A stretch of DNA of 64,000 nucleotides from a virus, in IMG/VR virus record IMGVR_UViG_3300008267_000030, positions 8,150-72,149 of that record; one strand, 5' to 3'. Below are positions 19,974 through 33,400 of this stretch, one piece after another (the stretch's first letter is position 1; each line of letters starts with the position of its first letter). The notes beneath the pieces were generated by a model that did not search any database, was not told the DNA's origin, and saw only the letters and a list, made by a program, of their open reading frames with translations. A program made the position numbers and the translations under genes.

Positions 19974-20855
19974 TTATACGCCGCCAGTAACGAACCCCTG
20001 GCCAATACTGCTTAGGCCGCTTCCAATATCTTTGTACAGGGCTTGCTTTGTTGCGTCAATTTGGCTTTGAATGTTCTTTCTTTCTTTTTCCCGCAAAAAG
20101 CCCATCTGCATTTCGAGATTTCTGGCTTGGCCACCAAGTTGCTGAGCAAACTGCTTACGCTGACCTTGGGTAGCAAGACCTTCGGCCCCCAGTTGTCTGA
20201 TGCCTTGATTTTTTACTTGTTGCGCCCTAATGGCGGCATTCTGAACTTGATCCGGAGTTTGAGCCGCAAGCATTGCGGTTTGCGTTGCTTGATTAGAAGC
20301 CTGCTGCAACTGCTCTCTACGGAAAGCATCATCTGCAGTTCTGGCTGAAGCAGCAGCCAAATTTGCACCAGCCTGTTCGCCCCTTACTTCTCCAATACTT
20401 GACTTTAGTTCTTTGGGAATAAAGTCTTCTGGATTCAACTTCTTTAATTTTTTTAGGGCTTGCAGTTTATCGTATATGCCTATACCAGCATTTATCACTC
20501 CGGGGATAGCGCCAGCCATTGCATTACCAGTGTAGGAACTTCTTGCAGCACTTAGGTCTTGCATTTTGCCCTGAATTTCGGCCATCTTCTCAGCGTTTTC
20601 TACGCTTTGCGGAAGCGCCCCCAGGTCGGCAAGTTGCTGACCGTACTGGTTCATTTCGTTTCTGTAGCGAAATCCGGATGCCTGCGGTGGCATTCCGCCA
20701 TATCCGTACATACTTGCATAGGCTCCGGAACGAAACGGGTTGTAACCCCCCATGCCATATCCTCCGCCTTGCATTGCGCCAATCTGATTATAAAACGCTT
20801 GCTTTTCCGAATCCGACATCTTGGCAAGCATTGCCTGGAACTCTTGCTCGTTCAT
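19974..20855 (-). CDS. putative ejection/cargo protein
   Basis: G/A/Q-rich, with amphipathic segments and coiled coil; lies between muzzle and portal. Confidence 0.55.
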   Translation of the reverse strand: MNEQEFQAMLAKMSDSEKQAFYNQIGAMQGGGYGMGGYNPFRSGAYASMYGYGGMPPQASGFRYRNEMNQYGQQLADLGALPQSVENAEKMAEIQGKMQDLSAARSSYTGNAMAGAIPGVINAGIGIYDKLQALKKLKKLNPEDFIPKELKSSIGEVRGEQAGANLAAASARTADDAFRREQLQQASNQATQTAMLAAQTPDQVQNAAIRAQQVKNQGIRQLGAEGLATQGQRKQFAQQLGGQARNLEMQMGFLREKERKNIQSQIDATKQALYKDIGSGLSSIGQGFVTGGV

Positions 20856-20861
20856 AGTATT

Positions 20862-23800
20862 TTATTGTGCAGGTGGTAATGTAAATCCAATTTCAGCAAA
20901 TATAAGGTTTTTATATTTTTCATCCCCAAGCAGGGTAATTTCTATAAACGGCCCAGTGATAAGAGGCCCGTCAAAAGGGTCAATTTGATCGCTGGTTTTA
21001 ATTGTGGCTTGATAGTAATAATTACGTTTAGTAAAGTCTGCCGCCATTATGCTTGTTGTATCTGACGGGCTTACTCCAAGTTGCCCCTGATTATATCCTT
21101 CAATAATTGCAGACCAGTCAATAGTATCAACTCCATTGTTGTACTCTGCCATTAACTTTATGAATGAAAAAACTTTGTGTTTGTTTATTTCATGATTAGC
21201 CACAAATTTAATGAATTGCTGTATCGGGAAGCCATTTACGGTAACAATACCAGACGGCGGCGGGTCGTTTAAAAATCTGTATGCTTCACCATTATAAAAA
21301 CCGTACATCGTTCTTGGCTGAACTTCGCTTGCAACAAAGGTTAGCAAATCATTTTTAATAAATCTTCTTCTGCCTTGATACTTTTCCTCAACAATATTAT
21401 AAGCAAGACCACTACTATCGTCAATTAGTACGACCTCCATATTAAATGGGTCAAAACCAATGACGGAAGTATCGTATATTTTCCTTGTGTCGGTTTGAAA
21501 TTTGCGTTGTTCCGATATAGAATCCTGCCCACTCGCAGATACTTGAACCAATACTTTGTTTGCCGAATCAAAATAATAGGTCATTCCGGCTGTTGTTTGC
21601 GTAACTTGTTTTGGGTTTTTAGGTCCATAAGGAAGACGCATAACATTGGTTGTTCCGAATATATTTGTTGATAGGGAAAGAACGCCAGTACCATCAGTTC
21701 CTACTTGCTGAACCTTGCCCAGATAAACCATTTCAACTCCCTGTGTGCAATAGAGGTAAATGTTTTCGCCCTGGTTTGTGGTAAGGGATTGATTCATAAC
21801 CCTAACAATGTTGCCTACGTTTCCAGAAACCGTTCTACGATTTGTTGGATTAAACAGAAACCAATTGTTTAACTTAGTTCCTTCAATGAATTGCTCTCCG
21901 TGCGCATAAATTCTTAGCAAGTTTTCTTTTTTCGGAAATTGATTTTCAGCCGCAACATTTCCTATGTCTTGAGTATAGTCAACATCTGTGTTACCGGCCA
22001 TTGTTGCCGAGGCCACTATGAAAAATCCATCAACTGGAGAAAGGTCTCCTCCGCCACTTGTTTTATCACCATAAGCAAAATTTGGAACTTTTTGAACGCC
22101 TGTTTTTATAACACTGCTTTGACTTTCAAAATAAAAATACAAATCAATTACCGTCGGACTTTGGACCTGTTGAAAATTATTTATTTTGTATGAGTCCCCG
22201 TAATACGATACTGTTCTATTAGTATTTTGGTCATACAAGTTTTCTGCAGTCCAAAAAATATCTGGTATAACATTATATTGATTGTCGCTTATTTCGTTTT
22301 TTGAGTAAATTACTGCGTCCACAATTGTTTGAGCAAAACGCTTGTATGTAATAAAATCAAATTTCCATCCAGTAAATACAGTTTTATCATCGCTGCCAAC
22401 AACCATTTCATACAGGTTTGTAAGAAAATTATCATCTTCGTTAGTATTATATGTACCCGCTACAAATCTGGCATCTACAGTGGGCAACCTAAGATTGTTT
22501 ATATCATATCCATTTTGAGTCCATGAGGACTTGCACAGCAAAACCGTTTTATCAATCCCGGTAACTTTAAAATCTTGTTCAAAAAAATAATTTTGTTCTT
22601 TGCTTCTAACATAATTTGGATCGGCGGTGTCTGTAATTCCCCTTACGCTAATATATAAATTTTGCTCATTTGAAAAATTGATAGGCAAGCCTTCGGGTAT
22701 TTGAAACCCTATGCCATAAAATTTAAGAGACCCAGACCAATCGTCGCAGTTTTTACCGTTAATGCTGGGGTATCCATAGATCAATTTACCATTCTGGTCT
22801 TCAAAAACCCAATATGCCCTTAACTGCCCTCTTAAAAAATTAGGTATGTCAAACTCGTCTCTTACAGAAAGTCCAATCTTTTGCACATCTGACTTCTGAA
22901 ACGATTCGGTTATTTCAGTAGTTAATGTTGGTATTGTTACGTCAATTGCAAATTTACCATCGTCTAAATCATTGACAATTGTATTTGTCCCAAGCGCCTT
23001 CCATTTTTCTGACAAAGAGGAGCCTGCCATATCAAGTCCATACAACCCAATAAAAACACCTGGGTTAAAAGGAGCGTTTACGCTTCCCACTCTCTTCGTT
23101 CCTATTATTCTATTTTTTGAATCATAAAAAACTAAAGAAAAAAACTTTTTCCTTTTTATCGGCAAAAATGTTCTGTAGTAGGACCTGTTAGTAATCTCAT
23201 TCTGGTCAGTTATTTTTCTTACGCTAAGCGTAGCAGATGGCATAATGAGGTCTTCTCCAATTTGAAGACCGGCATGAATAATTCTGTTATCTGCAAAAAT
23301 GTTATCAACAACTCTTTTTGCAATACCATCAACCGCCAATGCTGCAGAAGGTGATATTGCGCCTATTGAATATAATAAATCAATTCTTGGAACAGCGACC
23401 CCATAGGTTCCTAAAGTTTGGTTAGCATAAAGAACTTTTACATCAAAATTACTCCCGTTTGGTGTCGTTTCTGCAAACCATTTCCATTCACCCGTATTCC
23501 CCTGTCTAACATACCATTTAATCTTAGATACTACATTTTGAAATAAAACAAATGTTCGGTCTTGCCAATCTAAATAGATTATATGTTGGACATTATTTAA
23601 TGACAAAGGCGCTCCAGATGGAAGCAACCCAAAAAATGCTTTGCTTGGTTCGCTTAATCGACTTTCTGTAAAATCGTAATAAACAAAATTATATGCAAAT
23701 TGATAACCGTATTTTGTTACAAAAGAAAGCGGCCTTTTTGTTCCATTTGAAGATATTTCACTAAGAACGACGGCAGCATTTATGCCAGTTGTAGGATCGG

Positions 23801-24398
23801 TATTGCTACTGTATGCAACTTGTCCAAAACCCATTGGGGGTTGTTTCAACTGGTCAAAATTGTAACTGGTGTATTGACCGGAAGGAGATAGGGGTAGTAT
23901 GGGTCCAACTATCTGATTGGTTTTTTTGTATATTTCTGTATTGATGCCTTTTTGAACATCTAAATACCTCGGCTCTGTATGTGGACAGGACCAGATTATT
24001 GTTCCACGGTTATAGGCCATGCTAACATAATCATCCTTTTGAAATAATAAACCACCCCAAGTAAGCACTGATTGAAATTCCTCAACTCCAGTCGCTGTGT
24101 TGGTGTTCATTACATATATGGCGTGGTCTCCGTCTTCATTACAGTTTGCAAAGAAAATTCTACCCTCAACATTGTCAACGCATGAACCAACTGTAAAATT
24201 TTTGCCAGGGGGCAGCAATGGATTTTTTACCAACTCATTTCCTGTAATACTCCTGACGCCGACATTCCTGCCGGCAGACGCCGTGTGCTTTGTCAATCTT
24301 ACATTTATGGCGTCTGTAAGTTGCTGAGGCGTAACCGAATCGATGTTAGCATCCGGAACTACTACCTCTGGCCTGTGGATAATTGACTGGACGTTCAT
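20862..24398 (-). CDS. tail muzzle/stabilization protein (P22 gp10-like, crAss muzzle)
   Basis: N-terminal DAINVR...GNELV...G.NFTVGS; YQFAYNFVY.D..ES..S motif; beta-propeller-like C-terminus; 1178 aa. Confidence 0.7.
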   Translation of the reverse strand: MNVQSIIHRPEVVVPDANIDSVTPQQLTDAINVRLTKHTASAGRNVGVRSITGNELVKNPLLPPGKNFTVGSCVDNVEGRIFFANCNEDGDHAIYVMNTNTATGVEEFQSVLTWGGLLFQKDDYVSMAYNRGTIIWSCPHTEPRYLDVQKGINTEIYKKTNQIVGPILPLSPSGQYTSYNFDQLKQPPMGFGQVAYSSNTDPTTGINAAVVLSEISSNGTKRPLSFVTKYGYQFAYNFVYYDFTESRLSEPSKAFFGLLPSGAPLSLNNVQHIIYLDWQDRTFVLFQNVVSKIKWYVRQGNTGEWKWFAETTPNGSNFDVKVLYANQTLGTYGVAVPRIDLLYSIGAISPSAALAVDGIAKRVVDNIFADNRIIHAGLQIGEDLIMPSATLSVRKITDQNEITNRSYYRTFLPIKRKKFFSLVFYDSKNRIIGTKRVGSVNAPFNPGVFIGLYGLDMAGSSLSEKWKALGTNTIVNDLDDGKFAIDVTIPTLTTEITESFQKSDVQKIGLSVRDEFDIPNFLRGQLRAYWVFEDQNGKLIYGYPSINGKNCDDWSGSLKFYGIGFQIPEGLPINFSNEQNLYISVRGITDTADPNYVRSKEQNYFFEQDFKVTGIDKTVLLCKSSWTQNGYDINNLRLPTVDARFVAGTYNTNEDDNFLTNLYEMVVGSDDKTVFTGWKFDFITYKRFAQTIVDAVIYSKNEISDNQYNVIPDIFWTAENLYDQNTNRTVSYYGDSYKINNFQQVQSPTVIDLYFYFESQSSVIKTGVQKVPNFAYGDKTSGGGDLSPVDGFFIVASATMAGNTDVDYTQDIGNVAAENQFPKKENLLRIYAHGEQFIEGTKLNNWFLFNPTNRRTVSGNVGNIVRVMNQSLTTNQGENIYLYCTQGVEMVYLGKVQQVGTDGTGVLSLSTNIFGTTNVMRLPYGPKNPKQVTQTTAGMTYYFDSANKVLVQVSASGQDSISEQRKFQTDTRKIYDTSVIGFDPFNMEVVLIDDSSGLAYNIVEEKYQGRRRFIKNDLLTFVASEVQPRTMYGFYNGEAYRFLNDPPPSGIVTVNGFPIQQFIKFVANHEINKHKVFSFIKLMAEYNNGVDTIDWSAIIEGYNQGQLGVSPSDTTSIMAADFTKRNYYYQATIKTSDQIDPFDGPLITGPFIEITLLGDEKYKNLIFAEIGFTLPPAQ

Positions 24399-24416
24399 AC
24401 GGTAAAATTATAAACT

Positions 24417-27400
24417 TTATTCCGGTATATCGTATGCTAACGATCCCTTCTTTTTCATGCGCCTCATGATAGAATAACTTTGCGGAAGAGAACCTTCTCC
24501 TGGACCCTCTGGCTTAAAGAATTTTTCAAGCGCATTGCCCAGAATTGGATTGACCTCTTTTAAGGTTTCGATCATTTTCATGTCCTCCTGATATTGGTTC
24601 TCATACCTTTGGACAATCCGGCGGATGTCTCCCTCATTAAGGTAGCCACGACCCATAAGAACGTCAATGTTTCCGGTTATCCCTTCGGGCAAAGTAACAT
24701 TTATTTCCTTGCCAGCAAATCCAAGTCCGTAAGCAAGAGCGCCAAAATAATCCGAACCTTTCATTTGACTTCTAACACGGTCTGTCTGCAGATGATCCAT
24801 GATAGCCTGGAATGTCTTGTTATAATTTTCATTATAATTTTCGGATACAACCGGGCCTACCATTTTTTCAAAAATGGTTTGGGCGTAATCCTCATGGCCT
24901 TCTTTTAGATACTTAAACAACTTGGTTTTGCGCTCATCAAACTTTTTCTCCCCAAGCAGGTCTGTCTTCTCAGCAAGTTTTGCATCCTTTCTCTTAGGGC
25001 TTTCCGACATTTCCTTAGTGGTCTTGGCTGTAATCCTTTCAATCGTAGCAAATCCCGTAACAAAGGAAGCAAGCATCCCGGCAGTTCTGGCCAGTTCATA
25101 TCCATCGTCTTCTTTTTTAATGTTTTTTCCTATTTGCTCCATTTGCCTTACAGCAAGGTCAACAACTGGCACTCCGGTAGGATCGTAGAACAGGTCTGTG
25201 TTAGGGTCTTTGAGCGTCCCTTTGTTTTCCTCTGTCTGCTCCTTGTCTTTGTAAAACGCTGCAAACCCAAGCGCAAACGCCACTTTAGGAATTATTTTGG
25301 CAATGTTTCCATACTTGCCTACAAACAGGTTGAATACACCAAGTAAAGCAGACGTTGCCAGACTTCTATTTTGCCTTCTCTTTCTTTCCTCCTCATCCTC
25401 GTCTTCAAAGTCAATACCCAGCGCCCACAAGGCAATTGCAATTGCCACCTGCTGGTAAAGTATGTCCATGCCAATTTTTACAGCAGCATACGTCTGAGTA
25501 TTTGCAAGGATGCCAAAAACCTTTGCTCCGGCACTCCACCTTTCTTTTGCGTCAACTGTGCCGGACATATCCATAATAGTCCTCCAGTTGTTGCGAAAGT
25601 TATTGTATGCGTTAAGGTCAAATTGAGCAAGCATCCAGTTGATTTCTTTTCGGGTGAAATCATTTATGGACTTTTTCTCCGACCTTAGAACCTCTGCCTT
25701 GGTGGTTTGATTTGACGGTACGTTGATCTCATCAGAAAGGTTTTCTGCAGCGGCAAGCGCATTGTAGTTAGGATTTTTTATTTCCTCGTCCCAGTTAATT
25801 TCGGATGGGTCTTGAATTAAACCCTGCTTATTCAAACTGTTTGCATATCCCGCAAACAGGGCTGCTGCAGATACAAACCGGTCGGCCTTTTCAATTGTGT
25901 ATTTGGCCATAAAATTTCGGGTGTTTTTAATCGCATCCCCGATTTTTACCAACAATTTTTTAGCCCAGGTCTTACCAGCAAACTTGTTCAATTCCGCATA
26001 CTGCTTTGAAACAAGACTCTCTGATTGATATGTTCTTTCACGAAGAGTTGTTGTGCTGTCAAGCCATCTCTTTTGCGCCTCCGTTGGCAATATGGCTGTT
26101 TTTAACGCCCATCCAGTAAGTTTAAAACTTACCCTTGCCTTAATCTGCAGCGCACCAATAGACTGTTTTGCATACTGTCCAAGGTCAACCAGAACTGCGC
26201 CAATGTTACCATTAACCAGTTTCTTAATCATCGGCTGGTCGCTTACGCCAATGTACCCGAAATATCTTTGGCCATCCACTACGCCCTCCATAAAGGCCAG
26301 GATGACTTTAGTAGTACGGTCTGAGTACTGCGGGTCAAACAGATTTCTGAACTGCTCAGACTTAATCATTCGGTCCATAACAAACAGTTCTTCTGTCATC
26401 TTCGCCTGATAAAGCGTCTGGTAATAGCGCTTCCGGAAGTTTGCAAGCAGGTCAGTGCCATAAACTACCGCATTATTGGTAAAGGTAGTTCGCTCAATGG
26501 CAGTCCTTGACTCTCGTCTGTCAATTCTGGCCTCCTCAAATACAGTGTCTGTGAGCGTAGGGTTTGATGATTCGTCTATGCCCCCTTTGCCCAGTCTGTC
26601 AATTACGTTTAGTGAAACGTACATTGGGTTTTCGGTTGGGTCAAACAACTTAGAGAAGAACGCTGCTGTGTTCTGGCGGAACTCCTCAGAGATTTCAGCG
26701 TAGAAATTGCGAACCATCTGCGCCAATTCGGCCTGCGACCGGTCTATTGTGGTGGCAAGGGTTTGATGCTGATCCGGGTCAAAGTCATTCTCAAGAATGT
26801 TTAGCGTCTGCTCGGCAATTCTAATTTCCTCTGCAAGAATATCCTTTTCAAAAATATTAGTGTAGCCGGATGACATCAACCGCTGCTCCTCCATTTTCTT
26901 GTTAAGATACTTATTCCAGTTAATCATCATCGCTTCCCTCCAAGCCTGCCATGTTGAATTTTGGCTACCGGCCTGAGCAAGGATATTAAATACCTCCGTT
27001 GCTCTTACCGCTCTTTCATCCATATCGTTTTCAATGATATGAGTTTCAAGCGCCTGCAGATTATCGTCAGTTCTTTTCTTTACGTCTCCAAACAACACTT
27101 CCTCCCGCTGATAAAGTTCCGCCCGGAGTGTATCCTTGGCCTCCTCACTACTTGATACGTTTTCAAGCAGGTTGTTAAGGGAAAACTTGGTAACGTCTCC
27201 TTTGTACTGCCTAAATTTGTTAACAAGCGTGTTTAGCCTGCTAAGCCTTTCCTGGGCCTCTCCTCTGGCTGCGTAAACTCCAAGGTCGCTCAGGTCATCC
27301 AGTTCAATGTAATCGTTCAGGATGTTGTGCAATCTCTTCAGTTCATTATCGGTAAGCGTGTTCAGGTTTATCTTTCCTGTCCAACGCATCATCCGTTTAA

Positions 27401-30400
27401 CGAATGGAGTACCAGAAATTGCGGCCTTGTCTCTGGCCTGGGACATTAGTCCAGTGATTTCCGGAATCAACAAGTCTGCGGTTTCGCTTTGCTGTGCTGG
27501 TGCTGCTGGTGCTGCTGCCTGGTTCTGCGCCTCCTGTTCTGCCTGCTCTATAAGCATTTGCTCGTAATCATCTACGCTTGTGCCTGCCGGTAGCGCTCCG
27601 GAGTCAATCATGCGGTCAACTCTGGCCTGCATCATCGCTCTGCGACGAATCTTTGTCTGCTGGTCAATGTATGCCCCCTGGTCAACAAGCATTTCCACAA
27701 GCCTTTGAATGCTTACGGCCTTGTAGTTTTTACCGGCCATCTGCTGAATGAAAGCATACAGCATACTGGACAATATGTCCATCTTGTCCGGATCGACCTT
27801 GTGAGCCTCGATTGTTCTCAGCAATGGCTTTAACCTTGCTTTCATCTCCGCTCCAGCGTAAGACTTGTCAAGTTCAGTTTTGGCCTTGTCAACCAGACTC
27901 TGCAGTGCTTTGATTTTTTCTGCAGACTGAATCATACCAACCGCATACTCGATGAAGTTAAGCATGGCTTTGTCCGTGTTTGAGTTCGGGAACCTGGCCA
28001 AAATCTTCTCAATCAAGTTAGGGTTCAGCGGGACTTTAGCGCCACCCAGGATTGTCTTCATCAGATTGATGGCCTGCTTGCGGGCCTGCTTCATGCCTTC
28101 TTTAGCAATCAGCGCCGACATTTTCTCAAATGCCTTGTCTGTGGCCTTGGTAATTTCGGCAACCAGTTCTGAGTTTTCTGTTACTACCTCAACGGCTACA
28201 TCAACTGGGTTGACAGGCTGAATGAGTTTAGATACCCGCTTAACCATGTCTTCTACCTGAGACGGCTTGAACTTGGTCGGGTCGGACATATAGTTGCGCA
28301 CATACTGCTCTGCAGCAGCAAGCGCATCCTGCATTGTCTTCTTGGTAAAGTTGTTTGCCGCCTTAGCCGCCATGATAACAGCCTTTGCCGCTCTGAGCGC
28401 ACCGATCGAAATAGCCCTTGCCACCTGCGGCGGAATAGGTACGATACTGCTGTACGCTACGCTGCCTGGAGGCAGGTTCTTTTCACGCTCAATGAGTTGT
28501 TCAATCTTTGTAATTAAGCGGTCGAACAGGCTTTGCGGAATTTGCGTAGTCTCAGCACTTTGCTCATACATTGCCTGCTCAGCACTTTGCTGAAACTTTG
28601 CCGCATCCGAACCCTTCTCAAACAAAAATCCTCTGGCAGTGCTTGAATAAAACCCATTGTTTGCACTTGCAATCCTGCGCAAGGTTGTAAAGTCGGCATC
28701 AGACAAACTGCGGTATCTGGCCATAACCATCTTCTTGCCGTTATCGGTTCTTGTGTACTCGTCAAGACCAACAATGACTGGGTTGTATTCTTTTTTAGCC
28801 GCATCCGCAGTTGCCTGAATAGAGGATGCAGAGGACGCAACTTCTTGTCCTTGCTGGCGCATTCGCTCGTTAATTTCAGCAACAACTTCTGGAGGCATTT
28901 TGTCCCCAGGAATGGTTAACATAAATTTACTTCCGGCCAATACTTTAAGCGCCTGCTTAGCGTTTTCTCCATTAAATCTGGCCTGCATATTTCTACCGTA
29001 AGACCTAAATTCGCCAGAATCGCTTAGTGAAAGCAGTTCTTCATCATTAAAATATTTGCCTCCTAATTTTGTTGATTTTGGAACCAGTATTAAAATGCTA
29101 TCCCTTGTGTTATATTCAATTGTAACTTCTCCGTTAGTTGATGTTACATCCCGCCTTGTATTCATCACTTGGTCATACGCATTTGTTATTGGCGTTTGAC
29201 CCGCAAGTTCTTCAAGTTTTAATTGGCCTGGTCGATACAGTATCCCTTTTCGACTTTTGCCATCCTTAGTTGTATAAGAAACCAGATTGCCTTTCATTTG
29301 GCCATATCCCATCAGGATATTCCCCGACATGATAAACCTAATCTCCCTGTCCTTTAGTTTTTTCGTCTCCTTATCCCATTTATCAAAAAACGAATCCAGA
29401 TTTTCTTGTTCAACATTATTGCTTCTTACAACTATCTGTTGAAGAATCAATGATTTAGACAATGGAATTTTAATTTGGCTTCTACCATCCCTAATTGCAA
29501 TTACAAACGTGATGTTTGATGGAGCAAATGGATTCTTGGTTTTTTTACCAAACTCAATATTCATAACCACGCCCACAGAAGAAAGCGGAGAAGAATCTCT
29601 TTCTGAAATCATCATAGGCACTTTTACAATTTTGCCTATTTTTAAAGCATTCAGATACTGCTTTACAAGGATTTTTTGGTCGTTGATTCTTTTCAAAGAT
29701 TTCTCCATTCTTTGCGCATAAGCATCTCTGATTGCATCTTCTGCTTGTTGCTTTGCCCTCTCTCTTTGCGCTTCTGCTTCACTTGCTAAAGGGAAATCTT
29801 TGTCAAAATTCTCATTAGCCGTAATCTGTTCTTTAGCAACTACTATTTCTTTTTCCATAAGGCCGGTTATTCGCTCCCGCTCCTCATTTGTAAGATTTTC
29901 ATAGTATGAATTGACTTCATCAATTTTATCCGCCATGTATTTGGTCGGCGCTACTCCTTCGGTAGCCTTTTCCATATTTTTTCTAACCTGCTCTGCAGGC
30001 ATTGGCTTTCTCAGAACATTAGCCTCAACAACTTCAATTACGGCATCTTCTCCAAATGGGCTACCGGTATGCTGGCCCTCAAAAAATACTTGTCGATACA
30101 GTGTCTCTGCTTGTAGTGGAACGCTAACAACTTTTAGGTCGTTTTCGTCCATGCTATTCAAATAGTTTATTAGCGCTTCATACCTTGCGCTAATCTCCGT
30201 ATAAAAAGCCTCTTGCTCTTTAGTGTATAGCAAGGCAACTCTTTTAAGAACCTCTGTGGCCGCATTGTCTTGAACAGTAACTTTTGACAAATCCTCCTGC
30301 TCCCCAATTTTTAATGGGTCGTTAAGCAGCATATTTATCTCAGGGTTTTCAACAAGATACTCGGTTACTATTTGGTCTCCGTATTTATTGATAATGTCCG

Positions 30401-33400
30401 CAACCTGTATATCGACGCTGCTGGATTCCTGTTGAGCCGTAGTGTTTGCAAGCAGCGATGCCACTTTCTTTTTCAGCATGATCTGAAACCTTCCCTCGGC
30501 AGGGATGGAACTGAGCATGATGTTGTAAGCGCCTCGAACAACCTGACCTGTTCTGTCAATACGGCCAAGCATTTGAATGAAAGTGTTTACGTCAAACGGA
30601 GGCTGCGCAATAATCATTATGCGCTGCCTTTTATCTTTGACCTTTTCATCTTCGCTTGCGTGCATAGACAGGCCGGTTGCTGCAGATGCGTTAATTAACA
30701 GAACATCAATATTGCCGTTATTAAATTCGGCAACCATTTTCTTTTTATCGGGCTTTGCCCTTTTGCTTAAAATGGCTCCTTGATTTGGCAGTATCTGAAT
30801 GACTGTTTCTCTACCAGTAAGTTCAGCAACTTTGTACCCAGCCTTTTCAATTTTTGTTTTAATTACATCAATCGGACTAATAGTAATCCCAGATACGGCC
30901 TGCTGTATTTCTGCTCTTAATCGATAGTAAGCCGCCGTACCCTCCGATCCAAGTTGCTCCGGCGAAAGCGTTTTTGTTTTTTTCTTTCCAGCAGCATCGT
31001 CTTCGGTGTATTCAAGGGTTTTGTCAAGACCTCTAATAAGCGTTAGTGAAAAATCAATATTTGGAATTACCTCCTGCATGGCAAAACCCATGTCATCAAG
31101 AAATGATTCCATTGTGTTTTGAAACCCAATTACTGGCTTCCTATTGTTTTTTAACTCATTTATTGCTTCTTCGGCAACTTGCTCTGCTTTAATGCTAAAA
31201 ATCAATTGCTGCATTACATTGAAAAGTTTGCTGGCAAAAGGCGTGTTCTTTACGCCCATGTCGCTGCTTTTCTTTTTTTCATCAACCCTAACTCCCTCTG
31301 TCAACTTATCCTCTCTTATACTTTTTATCGCTGGGGAAACGTAGGACCTTTGAAATGCTATAATTAACCTAACCAATCTTATAACTTGGTCGGCCTGCTG
31401 TTTTTGAGTTTGGGCTACCTCTTCACTTTCTGGATATGTATAATTCATTTCCACACCCTGAAAATCTCTTTCTCGGCGCACCATTTGCCCGGCTTGTGCT
31501 AATTGAGCAGAAATAATTTCCTGCAACGCCACGCCTCCGGTTGTAATTGCCTCAATCAATTTTTCATTGCTTAGCCCAGTGTCCCTAATAGATGTTTTTA
31601 GGGCATATATTGGCATATTCTCCGGGGTTTTGGCCCATGTTGCCGATAAGAAAAGTGTTCCTTGAGAGTTTTGAACTAACCCTCCAATGTACTCACCAGT
31701 TTGAGAAGTGCCAGACGCATTGTGAGATTCATCCATTATTAAGATGTTTCCTGGAGCAAGCAAATTGAGAAGCGACCTTTTGTCTGGGAACCTGTCGCTA
31801 TTTACCTGAGAATAGGTTACCATTACATAGTTGAACTGTTTTGGCAATTCTCCTTTCTGCCTTAAATATTCCAGCGCCTTAGTAAACTCTGGCTTAGACT
31901 GATGTTTGTAAATTAACTTTTGTTCGTCCGTGGCTAAATCAGTTTCTGTAACATTTGACTTAGTATCGGTATTAACTATAAATGGCACAAGCGCCTCGGC
32001 TCCAATACCTTTAAGGTCTCGGTACATATCAGAGAACAGCGCTCCATCTTGCGTGATAAATATTGGCGTCTTACCCTGCTTTACTCCATATCGGATCATG
32101 GCCGCTGCTATACGCCCCTTTCCCACGCCGGTCATATCGCCCACAATTAGGCTGTTGCCGGTTTTGATTTGAGCGATAGCCATAGCAACCGCATCAACCT
32201 GCTCTGCATACAAGCCCTTGTGCAGTTCTCCTATGTTTTTATATCCAAGTTCCCTGGCCACAAACTCGTCAATATCTCCGTACTGCTCCTGAATTTGATT
32301 TAGCACTCGCCTGGTTTCCGCAGCCATTGCAGTTGGCTGATAAGTACCCACTGACTTGCCCTTAGACATTGGCTTGTAAAGAACCTTTTCAGCCTCAATG
32401 TCAATGTCGGTTTCGTCGAGTTCTTGAGTTTCGCCGGTTTTGGTTTCGCCGGTAAAATCCTCGCCAATCCCGGTGCGGTCTCCTTCTTCCAGTTCTGCTT
32501 CTTCCTTTTCCTTTTTTGTAGTAGTAGTGCCAGCGCCTCTGCCAGCACCCCTGCCGCCTCCTACACCACCAGCACCCTTGCCGGTCCCGGTTTGACCTTG
32601 TTTTCCGCTGTCAACTATTCCCTGATCCAGTTTAGACTGCAACAAAACGTCTTTAGCGTTCTGAACCCGAGCCATCAACGTATTGTAATCCGTTACCGGA
32701 GCAATCATTTCATCTGATACCTGACTACGAATAGGCGCAATTCCTCCAGGAGTTTGCTTCCTTCCGTTTATGAGAATGAGCCTGGTCGGATATGTTGTTC
32801 CCTGCTTGTAGTACAGTTTGCCATCGACGTTGATTACGTCAAGTACGTTATAATAATGGTATAGGTAGTTTAGTAACTTTCTGTATTTAGTACTTTCGAT
32901 TAAGCCATCGTCAGCATAACTATTATGTTCGCCAACAATAATTGCAGCCACCCCATTGTTGGTCATGCTATCGAGAGCGTTTGCGACCATAATCGGATCA
33001 AGGCCGGTTAGATTGTATTTGGTTTCGGTTCCAAATACCCGCAATCCTTTAGAGCCGAAAGGGGGATTCATTACAACGGCATCGTATGTGCCGTCAAAAG
33101 GCAGTAGCGCATCCTGATTGGTTACCTCGGCAAATCCCTGGCTTTGAAGATTGGAAAGTCTTTCCTGGTCAATTTCGTTGGCAACAACCCTTGCCGGGTC
33201 CATTGCAATTGTAAGCGCTCCATTTCCTGCGCTTGGCTCCAGCGTAAGTGTTGGGTTCTTTGCGGCAGCAAAGGAAGAAGCAATGAATGCGTATGGCAGC
33301 GGAGTTGAGTACTGTTGTAATTTAACCCGTGTACTATCTTTCTGCGCAAGTGTCGGCTGATAGTTATAGATGTTTTCAATAGCGTTCAGTTTCTCTGCAT